DNA of 64,000 nucleotides from a virus, in the IMG/VR virus record IMGVR_UViG_3300019757_000093, positions 10,328-74,327 of that record; one strand, given 5' to 3'. The stretch's first letter is position 1; each line of letters begins with the position of its first letter. The notes beneath the pieces were generated by a model. The model saw only the letters and a program-made list of their open reading frames with translations. It ran no database searches and had not been told where the DNA came from. The position numbers and the translations under genes were made by a program. Shown piece after piece: positions 1 through 9,730 of this stretch.

Positions 1-137
1 AACATACCATCTCCTTTATCTTATATTATTATGGATATATTTTAATAATATTAATTGAAATATTATTACTAAAAAAAGACTGATTAAAAATATATCCATT
101 AATGTTAATTTATCTAATATACCTTCTATATTAGACA

Positions 138-758
138 TTAATAATCTCTTACCAATTTTAATTTTCTAATTTCCTCTTTTACTTCTTGAGAAATAGTACT
201 ACTTTCTAAATCTTGCATTATTCTAGAATGTATTAAACCACCTAGACTTCCATTTAAACCATAGATTTCTTGTTTATTATTTATCTCTAAATGCTTTAAT
301 AATAAAAGAATAATATATTCATTATTTCGCTGTAAAGCAGATAATAAAGTAGTTCCATCTAAATCTACATCCGTAACGAAAATATTATCTAATATAAACT
401 TAAATATTTTTGGTCTATTACATTTAGCAGCGGCCATAACATTAGATTGTAATCCTACAAAAGCAGCACTATTTAATACACCATCATTATGAAACATATC
501 TGATTGAAATAAAGTTCCATAGTAGTTATTAAATAGTAATAATAATTCATCGTCATCAAAATTAGGCATTATCTCAGCATCTACTTTAGTTGCTTCTCCT
601 AATTTTTCTTTGAATCTTAACCACCAACCAAGTGGAGCAGATCCATTATTTTCATCACAAATCTTAGTAAATAAATCTTTAAAGTATTGTGGGTTTTTTA
701 CTATTTCTATCAGTTGATCTTTATCTAATTTATCACAAATATCCATTGTATTGTTCAT
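138..758 (-). CDS. Hypothetical protein with ankyrin-like repeats in the C-terminal half
   Basis: AAAKCNRPKIFKFILDN and DGTTLLSALQRNNEYIILLLLKH resemble the ankyrin consensus; AAGGAG SD upstream. Confidence 0.5.
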   Translation of the reverse strand: MNNTMDICDKLDKDQLIEIVKNPQYFKDLFTKICDENNGSAPLGWWLRFKEKLGEATKVDAEIMPNFDDDELLLLFNNYYGTLFQSDMFHNDGVLNSAAFVGLQSNVMAAAKCNRPKIFKFILDNIFVTDVDLDGTTLLSALQRNNEYIILLLLKHLEINNKQEIYGLNGSLGGLIHSRIMQDLESSTISQEVKEEIRKLKLVRDY

Positions 759-770
759 AGTTTCTCCTTT

Positions 771-980
771 TTATTTTAAACTAAAAGAACCATTTCCTTT
801 TATCATTGATAAAGGTTTAGCTAGTTCTTTTTCTCTATTTTCTCGAGTGAACTTTTCTTGTTTTAAAAGTTTTAATAATTGTTTATCTCGATTACCTACT
901 TTTCTAGTAACTTCTCTTTCCATTGTTTTTAATAATTCCATAAACGCCATACATCTCCTTTTAAGATAAGCTAAATCCAT
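771..980 (-). CDS. Small basic hypothetical protein
   Basis: Co-oriented and tightly packed. Start is 980 or the downstream ATG that follows an AGGAG SD. Confidence 0.55.
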   Translation of the reverse strand: MDLAYLKRRCMAFMELLKTMEREVTRKVGNRDKQLLKLLKQEKFTRENREKELAKPLSMIKGNGSFSLK

Positions 981-1206
981 TCTTTCCTTTTTTTATGGAA
1001 AGCTTTTTTGATTTTTGCTTTTTTAATTCTTCTTGTTCTTTCTTGAATTTTTTTAATTCTTTATTAACAAATTTATAATATAAACCTTGGATATCGACAT
1101 AAGAACTATCCTCGTTGGAGTTACTATTCCAAGTTTCCGTTCTATAATATCTGTTATTTTTATTACCTCCTAGAGAGTCCCAAAAAACATCAATATCTAT
1201 ATTCAT
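961..1206 (-). CDS. Hypothetical protein
   Basis: 81-aa ORF packed between co-oriented neighbours. Confidence 0.6.
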   Translation of the reverse strand: MNIDIDVFWDSLGGNKNNRYYRTETWNSNSNEDSSYVDIQGLYYKFVNKELKKFKKEQEELKKQKSKKLSIKKGKNGFSLS

Positions 1207-1208
1207 AT

Positions 1209-2267
1209 CTATTTCTTTTTATCGGCCTGTCTAAATAAGTCAGCTGAAGAAATTTTTTTAGGTTCTTCTTTTTTAGTGTATTTAGATGTATCTCCACATA
1301 CTCCAGAAAATGAGAAAGTTTTATTTAGATCTACTTGATCAGCCCCAGCAAATGGAATATAATTTTCTGGTTTTTTAAAAGCATCACCTAAAACAGTATC
1401 ATTAATAGCTTGTTGTTCTGGATTATTAATACAACCAGAACATGGACCAAGTACCTGAGATATATCGACTGTCATATCTCTCATCTTATTCATATTATCT
1501 GTCGAGATTTCACTTAGATCAATAACAGTACTACATCTATCATATTCTCCAAATACTAATCTTCCTTTTTCTGTAATCATCGGTTTACAAAAAGTTGTTA
1601 TACTATGAGTTTTTATATAATCAATAGCTTTAAAAAGTTTTCCGTCCATCTCTTTAAGAACGTTATACATATTAAAACAACTAGTACTTTTTCTGAAAGC
1701 TTCTTTTTGATGTTTAGTAATACTTCTCATATTATCTTTTGCCCTACCAACTGGAATAATACCATTAGGTAAATCATTACATACTATTATTCCTAAACCT
1801 TCTCCGTACTTCTTTACTAATTTATTAAACCCTTTTTCAATTTGAGGATATCTCTTTTTATGATTAGGATATAATTTTGGAACTGTAGTAATTTGCATTA
1901 GTAAATGATCATTATTACGTAATCTTTTAATTACCTCTTTTTTCATTTTCTTTAAATCAGCTCGTTGTAATTCGTCTTTAGCTGGTTTTTGAAAAATCTC
2001 CCCATTAGAAATAATTGTTATAGGTAGTGTTAATTCTCCATCAGGCCCTTTAAAAGCCTTCAGGTATTTATCAAGAATTGTAATAAATTCTGGATGAGTT
2101 AAAGGCTCTCCACCAGTTATTTGAATAGTAGTAGTCAATGGACTTAACTTAGAAAATGCTATCATTTTATCTATCATTCCTAAAGTCGCATGTTCTCCTA
2201 AAACAGTACTATTTTGCATACAGTGAGGACAACCCTCCTCACAATAATTTGTAATTCTATGTGTCAT
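1209..2267 (-). CDS. Radical SAM protein with possible SPASM-like C-terminal cysteines
   Basis: CxxxCxxC (YCEEGCPHC), ITGGEPL, ISNG, PVGRA, C-terminal PCSGC. Confidence 0.85.
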   Translation of the reverse strand: MTHRITNYCEEGCPHCMQNSTVLGEHATLGMIDKMIAFSKLSPLTTTIQITGGEPLTHPEFITILDKYLKAFKGPDGELTLPITIISNGEIFQKPAKDELQRADLKKMKKEVIKRLRNNDHLLMQITTVPKLYPNHKKRYPQIEKGFNKLVKKYGEGLGIIVCNDLPNGIIPVGRAKDNMRSITKHQKEAFRKSTSCFNMYNVLKEMDGKLFKAIDYIKTHSITTFCKPMITEKGRLVFGEYDRCSTVIDLSEISTDNMNKMRDMTVDISQVLGPCSGCINNPEQQAINDTVLGDAFKKPENYIPFAGADQVDLNKTFSFSGVCGDTSKYTKKEEPKKISSADLFRQADKKK

Positions 2268-2279
2268 TCTTTTTGCTCC

Positions 2280-2786
2280 TTACCAGCTTAATTCTTGTTC
2301 TAAAATAAAGTTCTTATCTTTATCTTCTAAACTACGTTGTTTTTTTATAATAAGACTATTCTTAATATATAACTGTAACTCATGAGGTAAACAATTAGCC
2401 ATAATAGCTTGTTTACATAAGAATCTAATATCCTCATTATCAACATTACTTGTTTCAAAGTACTTTTCAAAATTCTTTCTTCTGAATTCATGTATTTGAT
2501 TATCGTTATAATTTTCTATTAATATAATATAAATTATAAGAATTACGAAAAATAGAAGAGCGCTAATACCATTTGATACTAAACTAATATCTTGTGATCT
2601 TTCAATCATTAATAATACCCCGAAATTATATAATAAACCACACAATAAAGTTATAGTTATAAATATATTTAGTAATAGTGGCTTTAATAATTTTTTTGGA
2701 GAAGTACTTTGATTATATTCTTTGAACTTATATAATGCTATAAATTCCTCAAAATTATGTACTTCCTTATATGTATTTTTAAACAC
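2280..2786 (-). CDS. Hypothetical membrane protein (2 TM)
   Basis: Two long hydrophobic stretches; GTG start with AAGGA SD. Confidence 0.65.
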   Translation of the reverse strand: MFKNTYKEVHNFEEFIALYKFKEYNQSTSPKKLLKPLLLNIFITITLLCGLLYNFGVLLMIERSQDISLVSNGISALLFFVILIIYIILIENYNDNQIHEFRRKNFEKYFETSNVDNEDIRFLCKQAIMANCLPHELQLYIKNSLIIKKQRSLEDKDKNFILEQELSW

Positions 2787-2806
2787 GTTTTTCCTTTTAT
2801 TTTAAT

Positions 2807-3202
2807 TTATTTATTTTTAATGTATTTAATTTCTTCTTCGCTTAACTTAGAATATACCTTATCTAATTTTTCAATCTTAGTTTCTTCTGTAATATCTATT
2901 TCTTGTATATTACTAACACCAACTGTTATTACCATTAGAGTACCTGGAACTATCTTATTATCATAATATTCTCCACTTTTTCTTCTAAAATCAATTACTA
3001 CTTTATTACGAATATCATCGGTTGCTTTAGTAGCTTTTTTTATACCTACATATTCTATTTTAGACCAATCAGCATATTCGCTAGTACTATCTATATTTAA
3101 ACAATAAATTTCACCTGAGTTATCCTTAGCCAGGAAAATATCTTTCGTGAACTTACTATCTTGTTTTTCTATAGCTTCTTGTAAATCATTTATATTTGTC
3201 AT
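2807..3202 (-). CDS. Hypothetical protein
   Basis: 131-aa ORF with AAGGA SD. Confidence 0.7.
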   Translation of the reverse strand: MTNINDLQEAIEKQDSKFTKDIFLAKDNSGEIYCLNIDSTSEYADWSKIEYVGIKKATKATDDIRNKVVIDFRRKSGEYYDNKIVPGTLMVITVGVSNIQEIDITEETKIEKLDKVYSKLSEEEIKYIKNK

Positions 3203-3213
3203 TTTTTTCCTTT

Positions 3214-3567
3214 TTAGTATTCAATAAGTAAATCAGATGCATTGGAAATATTATCATCTTGATATTCTTTTATTTTTTTATCTGCTTCTTCATTAATATA
3301 AATTTCCATATATCTTCTCAAACCAAGAATAGTTATTTCTGATAACGTGCTACCAGTAATAAGTTCATAAAAAGTTTTAGTAAATGATAGAAATATTTCT
3401 TTAATATAATGTATTTGCGACATAGCAGTTGTATTATGGGTTCTCATAGTATCAAGTAAAAATCTATTTCCATGTTGGAATAAACCTGATTTCATAGCTT
3501 CTGCCGCTAATTCAAAATAAGTCATATAATCGCATTCGTTAGTTTCTATAAATATTTTCTGTTTCAT
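3214..3567 (-). CDS. Hypothetical protein
   Basis: 117-aa ORF with GGGGA SD. Confidence 0.7.
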   Translation of the reverse strand: MKQKIFIETNECDYMTYFELAAEAMKSGLFQHGNRFLLDTMRTHNTTAMSQIHYIKEIFLSFTKTFYELITGSTLSEITILGLRRYMEIYINEEADKKIKEYQDDNISNASDLLIEY

Positions 3568-3575
3568 TTTATCCC

Positions 3576-3827
3576 CTAATTTGAAGTACGAACTTCTATT
3601 TGATCTATATGATCCGGTAAATCTTTTAAATTAATAGTACGTGAAAAACAACCATTACCAGCTCCAGTAATTACCTCTGGAATATACGGAGATTCTTCTA
3701 TAATATCCATAATTTCCTGAGTAGTCTCTAAACCTAATTCATCATTATTATTTTTAATAACTCGAGCTTTTTGAGCTCTTGTTACACTATCAGTTGAATG
3801 GCCATAAATAGCAATCGTTCGTCCCAT
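3576..3827 (-). CDS. Hypothetical protein
   Basis: 83-aa ORF with AAGGA SD. Confidence 0.7.
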   Translation of the reverse strand: MGRTIAIYGHSTDSVTRAQKARVIKNNNDELGLETTQEIMDIIEESPYIPEVITGAGNGCFSRTINLKDLPDHIDQIEVRTSN

Positions 3828-3840
3828 TTTAAATCCTTTT

Positions 3841-4260
3841 TTATTTATTAAATTTTTTTTTGAATTCTTCTACTTCAAATTTCATGTTAGTTAGAAAGTT
3901 TTTAAAAGATAATCCAGTAATAGCAAAACCATCTGAACTTCCTAACTTTCTAGTACCTATACCCATAGCAGTATTTACTATTTCTATTTTATATTTTTCA
4001 CTAGTAAGAGTATTACTTTTTGCCTTTTGAGTACTTAAATGTTTCATGTACTTATAAAAAAGATCACATTCTCTTTCTGGTTCAATACCAACAGCTTTTT
4101 GAAATTTAGTAATATCGTCTATGATCGTGATATTCGGATAATCTCCTCTATCATAAGCTTCTTTATTACTTTCATCTATGATTAGCTTACATCTATTTAA
4201 TAGATTAGTAGCTGCTAATAACTTATCCTCTAAAGCAATATTTTTTTCTTTTAATGTCAT
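3841..4260 (-). CDS. Hypothetical protein
   Basis: 139-aa ORF in operon-like packing. Confidence 0.7.
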   Translation of the reverse strand: MTLKEKNIALEDKLLAATNLLNRCKLIIDESNKEAYDRGDYPNITIIDDITKFQKAVGIEPERECDLFYKYMKHLSTQKAKSNTLTSEKYKIEIVNTAMGIGTRKLGSSDGFAITGLSFKNFLTNMKFEVEEFKKKFNK

Positions 4261-4270
4261 AATTTACCTT

Positions 4271-4699
4271 TTACTCTATCCACTCAGAAATAAATTCTTT
4301 ATGTTTTAATTGATTCTCCGTTAGTCTATTACTTTTTATATAACATACCGCTAAGAAAACCTGATCTAAATATGGTTCTTTTACAAGAATTCTAGATCTA
4401 GTATATAATTCTGGAACTCCTTCAAACCAATCTAATTCATCCATTTGAGAAGTTGGTACTTCCCAAATTTCCCCTTTAATAATTTTACCTTCTCCTAAGG
4501 GAGCTTTTTGTAAAAAAGGAAAATATCTTTTCGATTTAAACATAAAATGGCCATATTTAGTTTCGGTTTTATATAAAAACTCAGCTCCTAATTTTTGCAT
4601 TACGGCATTATTACAACAGTCGCTTTTTAAAGTACCATATACAAATACTTTCTTTGTTTGAGGAATAGGTAAATCCCTATCCTCGTTATTTATATCCAT
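4271..4699 (-). CDS. Gamma-glutamylcyclotransferase (AIG2/GGCT-like) family protein
   Basis: VFVYGTLK, IKGEIWEV and LDWFEG..YTR motifs. Confidence 0.85.
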   Translation of the reverse strand: MDINNEDRDLPIPQTKKVFVYGTLKSDCCNNAVMQKLGAEFLYKTETKYGHFMFKSKRYFPFLQKAPLGEGKIIKGEIWEVPTSQMDELDWFEGVPELYTRSRILVKEPYLDQVFLAVCYIKSNRLTENQLKHKEFISEWIE

Positions 4700-4711
4700 A
4701 GTATATCCTTT

Positions 4712-5065
4712 TTAATCTTTGGAAAATTCTATATCTAAATCTTCTAATCTAAAAATACAATTCATTAATTCTGGTCTAGCTTCTCCTGGTTCAAAATCAC
4801 TAGTATTAAACATTACCAAAGCCATTTTTTCATTTCTTTCTTTAATAAGTACTTTCTTACCAATAGTACCTGGAAGATTCCAAATACAAGCAAAGTTTAC
4901 TTGTACTTGATTATTTAATTTAATTTCTTCTGGGAATTCTTGAAAGCTATCAGTCTTAAATTCTGCTTCAAAAGCATCCATAAGTTTTTGAAAATTCTCT
5001 TGATTCTTTTCTATTGTATCGAAAGGAGCAGCCACTAACTCATTTATTTGATATATTTTACTCAT
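4712..5065 (-). CDS. Hypothetical protein
   Basis: 117-aa ORF with GGAG SD. Confidence 0.7.
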   Translation of the reverse strand: MSKIYQINELVAAPFDTIEKNQENFQKLMDAFEAEFKTDSFQEFPEEIKLNNQVQVNFACIWNLPGTIGKKVLIKERNEKMALVMFNTSDFEPGEARPELMNCIFRLEDLDIEFSKD

Positions 5066-5090
5066 TTTTTTCTCCGTTTTAATTTAATTT

Positions 5091-5519
5091 TTATTGTTCG
5101 AAAACAAACTTAGCTATTAATGATACTAATAAAGATATTTGAGAATCAAGTTTCTTTAATAATTCATCCACCTCAAATTTATTAGTATAATAAGTTTTTA
5201 ATCTATCTATTCCCGTATGAATATTTTCAAGTAAAACATAATCTTCTACTGATAACTCATTCATGAATGGAAGAAACTTTAATTCCGTACCCAATAATTT
5301 ACATTCATTTTGTAACATATTTAATTTTTTAATATTATCATTTTTTGGATTCTTAATTAAATATCTAGAAATCAACCCTATATTGGCAGCTTTTGTATTT
5401 AGAGCATGACAAAGTTCATCGTTTTCTTTTATTTTTAACTCAAGATTTTCTAGTCCAGGAATATCTAATTTACAAAGATTTTTAAGTACTAGTTTAGGGA
5501 TATTATCATTTATTAGCAT
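5091..5519 (-). CDS. Hypothetical coiled-coil protein, paralog of 5673..6113
   Basis: LKNLCKLDIPGLENL vs LKALCLLKVPGYEKL; similar length. Confidence 0.65.
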   Translation of the reverse strand: MLINDNIPKLVLKNLCKLDIPGLENLELKIKENDELCHALNTKAANIGLISRYLIKNPKNDNIKKLNMLQNECKLLGTELKFLPFMNELSVEDYVLLENIHTGIDRLKTYYTNKFEVDELLKKLDSQISLLVSLIAKFVFEQ

Positions 5520-5676
5520 TCTTATTACCTTTCTTTCTTTTTAATTTTCTTCTACGTCTAGAACAACTTCTCTTATCAAAACATGCGATTGGAGTTCTAT
5601 GATGAATCCAACCCTCTATATTTAATTTAGAATCTGGTTGTTTGCTTTTGCATAAATAACAAGTACCTGTACTCAT
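5506..5676 (-). CDS. 56-aa Cys-rich basic protein (possible zinc finger), not in the ORF track
   Basis: Translates MSTGTCYLCKSKQPDSKLNIEGWIHHRTPIACFDKRSCSRRRRKLKRKKGNKNANK; ATGA overlap with the upstream stop; fills the gap. Confidence 0.65.
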   Translation of the reverse strand: MSTGTCYLCKSKQPDSKLNIEGWIHHRTPIACFDKRSCSRRRRKLKRKKGNKNANK

Positions 5677-6113
5677 ACTAAGGTCTTTTCTTTATAATTA
5701 CTAGCACTAATATATATAAATTTTATAGAGTTATCTATAATAATTAATTCCTTTTTGAATTTTTTAGATTCTACAAAGCTTTCTAATGTAAAAATATTCT
5801 CTATATGTTTTATAACTACAACAATATGAGCTTCTACTCGAGGATTTATTTCTAAAAAAGTCCTAGCTATAATATTATTTTTTAAAGCTTTCATACAATT
5901 TTTTAAAACAGTTAATCTTTTAGATAGTACTTCGTTCCACACTACATTAGCCGTTTCTATATTCTCTATAGTTGCCTCCATGGATTGAATTCTATCTTCA
6001 AAGAATAATATTTCTTTTTCCATATTATCCACAGCCTCTTGAAGTTTTTCATAACCTGGTACTTTTAGTAGGCATAAAGCCTTTAATGATTCTATTGGTA
6101 AATTAACTAACAT
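5673..6113 (-). CDS. Hypothetical coiled-coil protein, paralog of 5091..5519
   Basis: N-terminal similarity to 5091..5519. Confidence 0.65.
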   Translation of the reverse strand: MLVNLPIESLKALCLLKVPGYEKLQEAVDNMEKEILFFEDRIQSMEATIENIETANVVWNEVLSKRLTVLKNCMKALKNNIIARTFLEINPRVEAHIVVVIKHIENIFTLESFVESKKFKKELIIIDNSIKFIYISASNYKEKTLV

Positions 6114-6414
6114 ATTTTTCTCCTTCTATGTTATCTAGTTCTAATGTATTTGGTCTATTATCGGAAGCTGGTAATTCATTTTTATAAATAATATTTCCAT
6201 GCCCATCAATAACCTTAACAACTCTTCTTACTTTTTCATTACATTGTATATACATATCATCATTACCTAATTGATAGTTACCATCAATATTATCACTAAA
6301 ACAATATTTCTGTTTAAAATCTTTTAGATTCTTAATTTCATTATAATCGTCTAAACCACTTAATGGAGCAGCCGTACATATTACAGTACCATTATCTAGT
6401 ATACCTATTCTCAT
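6103..6414 (-). CDS. Hypothetical protein
   Basis: 103-aa ORF with AAGGA SD. Confidence 0.7.
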   Translation of the reverse strand: MRIGILDNGTVICTAAPLSGLDDYNEIKNLKDFKQKYCFSDNIDGNYQLGNDDMYIQCNEKVRRVVKVIDGHGNIIYKNELPASDNRPNTLELDNIEGEKYVS

Positions 6415-6440
6415 ATTATTTCCTTTAAATTAAATCTTTT

Positions 6441-6466
6441 GCTAATAGCTAGCTCACTATACTAAG
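6441..6466. repeat. AGCT-rich dispersed repeat, 26-bp form
   Basis: GCTAATAGCTAGCTCACTATACTAAG, identical to 50029..50054. Confidence 0.9.
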
Positions 6467-7225
6467 TTATTTAACCACTTTAAACTTATATACCTTACTT
6501 AAATAATCAAATATGTATTCTTGATTAGAATAATCAATATCTAATTTAAAATAAGTATTCATAAAAAAGGTTATACCTTTAGTAGTACTTTGCCTGAACT
6601 TATCGTTAAATCCAGAAGGATTGACTCCTCTCATAAAGATACCTTCCCCTTTTTTTATTTTTATTTGGACTTCTCCGTCCGAAATAATTCCCCCATTTTT
6701 TAAATGAACTTTTAAATTATCATAATGATTTTTTATTTCATCTAAATCCGCTAGAGTAATAAAATCTAGAGAGTTACTTTCTAATTCATTATCTTCTTTA
6801 GAAGCTTTAGACTGGACTATTTTTTTTATATCTTCTTCCGTTGGGGTTAAATAATTTTGGACTTGTTTACCTAATTTTTTATTTTCCATTTTTAAAAAAA
6901 TTACTTGGGTTAGTAACTCTTCTTTTTCAACATCATTTGAAGAGTTAACATATAATGTTATAGAGGTTATAACTGCCATTAATAGACAAATGAAGAGAAT
7001 TTCAATTCTCTGTTTATAATCTCCAATAATATTACGATATCTAGCTATAATATTATTATAATTAACATCCTCCATTTCTCTGTATCTATCCTGTAATACT
7101 AAAGATTGTTTTAAATGAAAAATTTCATTTTGTAATTTGGATACTTCTGGAATATCAGGTTTAGATAAACTATTCCGAATAACTATTTTTATTCCTTTCT
7201 TTTGAAGAATTCCTGGTTGACTCAT
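6467..7225 (-). CDS. Hypothetical membrane-anchored coiled-coil protein
   Basis: Single hydrophobic segment ILFICLLMAVITSITLYV. Confidence 0.65.
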   Translation of the reverse strand: MSQPGILQKKGIKIVIRNSLSKPDIPEVSKLQNEIFHLKQSLVLQDRYREMEDVNYNNIIARYRNIIGDYKQRIEILFICLLMAVITSITLYVNSSNDVEKEELLTQVIFLKMENKKLGKQVQNYLTPTEEDIKKIVQSKASKEDNELESNSLDFITLADLDEIKNHYDNLKVHLKNGGIISDGEVQIKIKKGEGIFMRGVNPSGFNDKFRQSTTKGITFFMNTYFKLDIDYSNQEYIFDYLSKVYKFKVVK

Positions 7226-7226
7226 A

Positions 7227-7850
7227 TTATACCTTTATATTAATCTGGTCTATAGTTAAATCATTCACTTGTTTATTAAATTCTTTTAATTCTTTACTAA
7301 AGATCTTTTTATAGAATTCTGGATAATTAACATATCCGTTAGTTCCGTATTTATCTTTAATATGTTCAAAGGCTAATTGTATTTTAGTACTATCATCTTC
7401 TAACTTAGAATTAAAACTTAACGAACGATCAATAATTTTATCTAAATCTGGTTTACCTCTATCGGCACTAGCAATTATAATCTCTAATAAATTTTCTCTT
7501 TCCCCTTTATAACTTGCTCTATGCTTTCTAACAGCATCCGCCATATTAAGTACATCGTTTATATCAGTGAATTCTTTTATAAATTCATCTCTTCTTTCTG
7601 TAATATACATTCCCGCTAGTAAGTGATGTTGTTTTCTATCCTTCCAAGTAAATATATCATGGATATAAGAACTAAGAATAACTTTTTTTACATTAATAAT
7701 TCCAGTGTATCCATTTTCCTTTGCCAATTCTAAGGCTAGGTTACATACATCATCAGCATGATCTATTAAATGTCCACCATCATTTTTATCGTAAAATTTT
7801 TTATAGAATTCTCTGACTCTTGATCGGTATAAAATTAATTTTTTACCCAT
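7227..7850 (-). CDS. HD-domain phosphohydrolase
   Basis: GHLIDHADDV, YIHDI, HH, KH, SAD: the H...HD...D pattern. Confidence 0.85.
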   Translation of the reverse strand: MGKKLILYRSRVREFYKKFYDKNDGGHLIDHADDVCNLALELAKENGYTGIINVKKVILSSYIHDIFTWKDRKQHHLLAGMYITERRDEFIKEFTDINDVLNMADAVRKHRASYKGERENLLEIIIASADRGKPDLDKIIDRSLSFNSKLEDDSTKIQLAFEHIKDKYGTNGYVNYPEFYKKIFSKELKEFNKQVNDLTIDQINIKV

Positions 7851-7987
7851 TTTTACCCTTTTTTTATTTTTCCATTTTTTTGGTTTTTTCCACGTAATAA
7901 AATAATTGTATTTTTCAATACTATCATCTTATCTGATTATAATATATCTATACTTTAATTTACTTATTTTAAAGCCTATGCTTTTAT

Positions 7988-8035
7988 AATAGCTTAGCTT
8001 AAGATAGCTATAGCTTAGTATAGTGCTCCAGCTAT
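7988..8035. repeat. AGCT-rich dispersed repeat, 48-bp form, in the divergent intergenic region
   Basis: AATAGCTTAGCTTAAGATAGCTATAGCTTAGTATAGTGCTCCAGCTAT; identical at 51327..51374 and exactly inverted at 24670..24717. Confidence 0.95.
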
Positions 8036-8162
8036 CCTGTTTTTAAACCGAGTGGAATTTCGTCTCTAGGGAATTTAGGCCCTTATCTATAATTCTTTAA
8101 CTTTAAAATCTTTTTCCAGCTATATTAGATATATTAAAGATAAAAACTTTAAAGGAAAAACA

Positions 8163-8909
8163 ATGTCATTAAACGATTCTTATACCTTTTACGACGAAAA
8201 CGACGTATCCTATATTCCACCTACCTCTGTTACTCCCCAACTACCAGAACCTAGAACTATTATGATTCATGAATTAACACAGGAAGTAATGGACATATTA
8301 ACCCAGTATTCTAGAAGTACTGATATTTTTACATTCGATGATGGTTTATATAGTAATTATATGAATTATAGTTTACTTAGTGCTTTTCATAATGAAAAAA
8401 TATTTTTTTACAATTCGGGGATTTTAAGGAGTAGGGAGATACCTCCAAAGTCATCAGTTATTAAAGCGGCGGAAGCCCATAGGAAATTAAAAATGGATGG
8501 AACTGATGACTTTCTTGATTATATGAATCCAGACGAATTACTTTATCTAGATACATGTACTAATAATTTTTTAGGTAGTCACGGACATACTCATAATAAA
8601 ATTTGCGAAACATCATTAGTTCCAAAAATTCTTAAAAAACCAAATGGTATGTCTTTAAATTTAGGTATTAAAGATAGTTTTGAAGCTATTAAAGAAGATA
8701 TTCAAAAGAGTGTTAATTATCATTATGTATTAACTGGAACTATTCAAACTAGATTTTGCTTTCCTTATAATATAGAAAATAATATAGTTAAAAAATTAAC
8801 CAAAGAGGCTGTAAAAAATCTAGAGAAAAAATTAGGTCGTAACCAAGAATTAGATATAATATTTTATGGTCAAAATAGAATAAATGTATATGATTTACCA
8901 AACTTATAA
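8163..8909 (+). CDS. Polysaccharide deacetylase-like protein (CE4/NodB fold)
   Basis: TFDDG, GSHGHTH and FCFPY motifs. Confidence 0.75.
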   Translation: MSLNDSYTFYDENDVSYIPPTSVTPQLPEPRTIMIHELTQEVMDILTQYSRSTDIFTFDDGLYSNYMNYSLLSAFHNEKIFFYNSGILRSREIPPKSSVIKAAEAHRKLKMDGTDDFLDYMNPDELLYLDTCTNNFLGSHGHTHNKICETSLVPKILKKPNGMSLNLGIKDSFEAIKEDIQKSVNYHYVLTGTIQTRFCFPYNIENNIVKKLTKEAVKNLEKKLGRNQELDIIFYGQNRINVYDLPNL

Positions 8910-8920
8910 AAGGAAAAAGA

Positions 8921-9730
8921 ATGAGCAAAGCGAATAATATAGCGAGAGCTAATGGGCAGATACTTGGAGGTACCCCAATAATGGAAAGTACTAAAAAAAC
9001 AATATTTTTTATTGGAGAATATACATATCATGGTCAAGTTATTAAAGATAACTTAGCAGCTGCTGGGCATACGATAGTATGTTATGATGAAAACCTAGTT
9101 AACAGAATTGCCTCTAAGAAAGAAATAAAGAATGGACCTAAATTTGATTTAGTTATTTATTTTCCTACTTATAGTAATGAAATAGTTAGTAAAAATTATT
9201 GTCAAGATAAAGAAAATAAAAGAAGTTATATCGAAGATATGATGATATCATTTGAAAATGTTTATAAATTTGTAAAGCATTCTAAAGCGGATTTTGTACA
9301 CGCGGATTTAAATTTTACTGAAGTTTACTCTGATTTTAAAGAGGCTTTATTGAATAACGATTTAACCGATATTCATAAATTTGAAATAAATAAAGGATTA
9401 TGTCATTACGCTAAAGAATTATTTAGTGCTTTAGATTGTAAATCTCTTCAATTAAATATTCCTACTGTTATTAGCTCAATCGTTAATGATTATCAATGGT
9501 ATCCCCTTTATAAAGCAAGTCAAGAAAAAGATATGGAATTATTAAAAGCTTATTACGAAAGAGGAAATGGAGACGTTCAAGTACTTAGTTTTGATAATTA
9601 CAGAACAACTACATTAGGTAAAATATTTAATTTTATTAGAAAACCCAAGAATACTGTTTTTGATTATCCTAGTGTAAAGATGCCTTTTAATGAGGTAATA
9701 CAAAGGATACAATATGGTTTTTGGGATTAG
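8921..9730 (+). CDS. Degenerate NAD(P)-binding SDR/epimerase-like protein
   Basis: IFFIGEYTYHGQVI..L...GHTIVCYD and FDLVIY resemble an SDR Rossmann N-terminus with an eroded Gly motif. Confidence 0.4.
   Translation: MSKANNIARANGQILGGTPIMESTKKTIFFIGEYTYHGQVIKDNLAAAGHTIVCYDENLVNRIASKKEIKNGPKFDLVIYFPTYSNEIVSKNYCQDKENKRSYIEDMMISFENVYKFVKHSKADFVHADLNFTEVYSDFKEALLNNDLTDIHKFEINKGLCHYAKELFSALDCKSLQLNIPTVISSIVNDYQWYPLYKASQEKDMELLKAYYERGNGDVQVLSFDNYRTTTLGKIFNFIRKPKNTVFDYPSVKMPFNEVIQRIQYGFWD

Noticed and set aside
31-99. Imperfect inverted repeat ATGGATATATTTTAAT / ATTAAAAATATATCCAT
   Set aside because: AT-rich and at the window edge; function cannot be assessed
771-1206. Similar C-termini of two small genes (LSMIKGNGSFSLK and LSIKKGKNGFSLS)
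   Set aside because: Short, and partly dictated by an overlapping AAAGGA SD and ATG; cannot be told from chance
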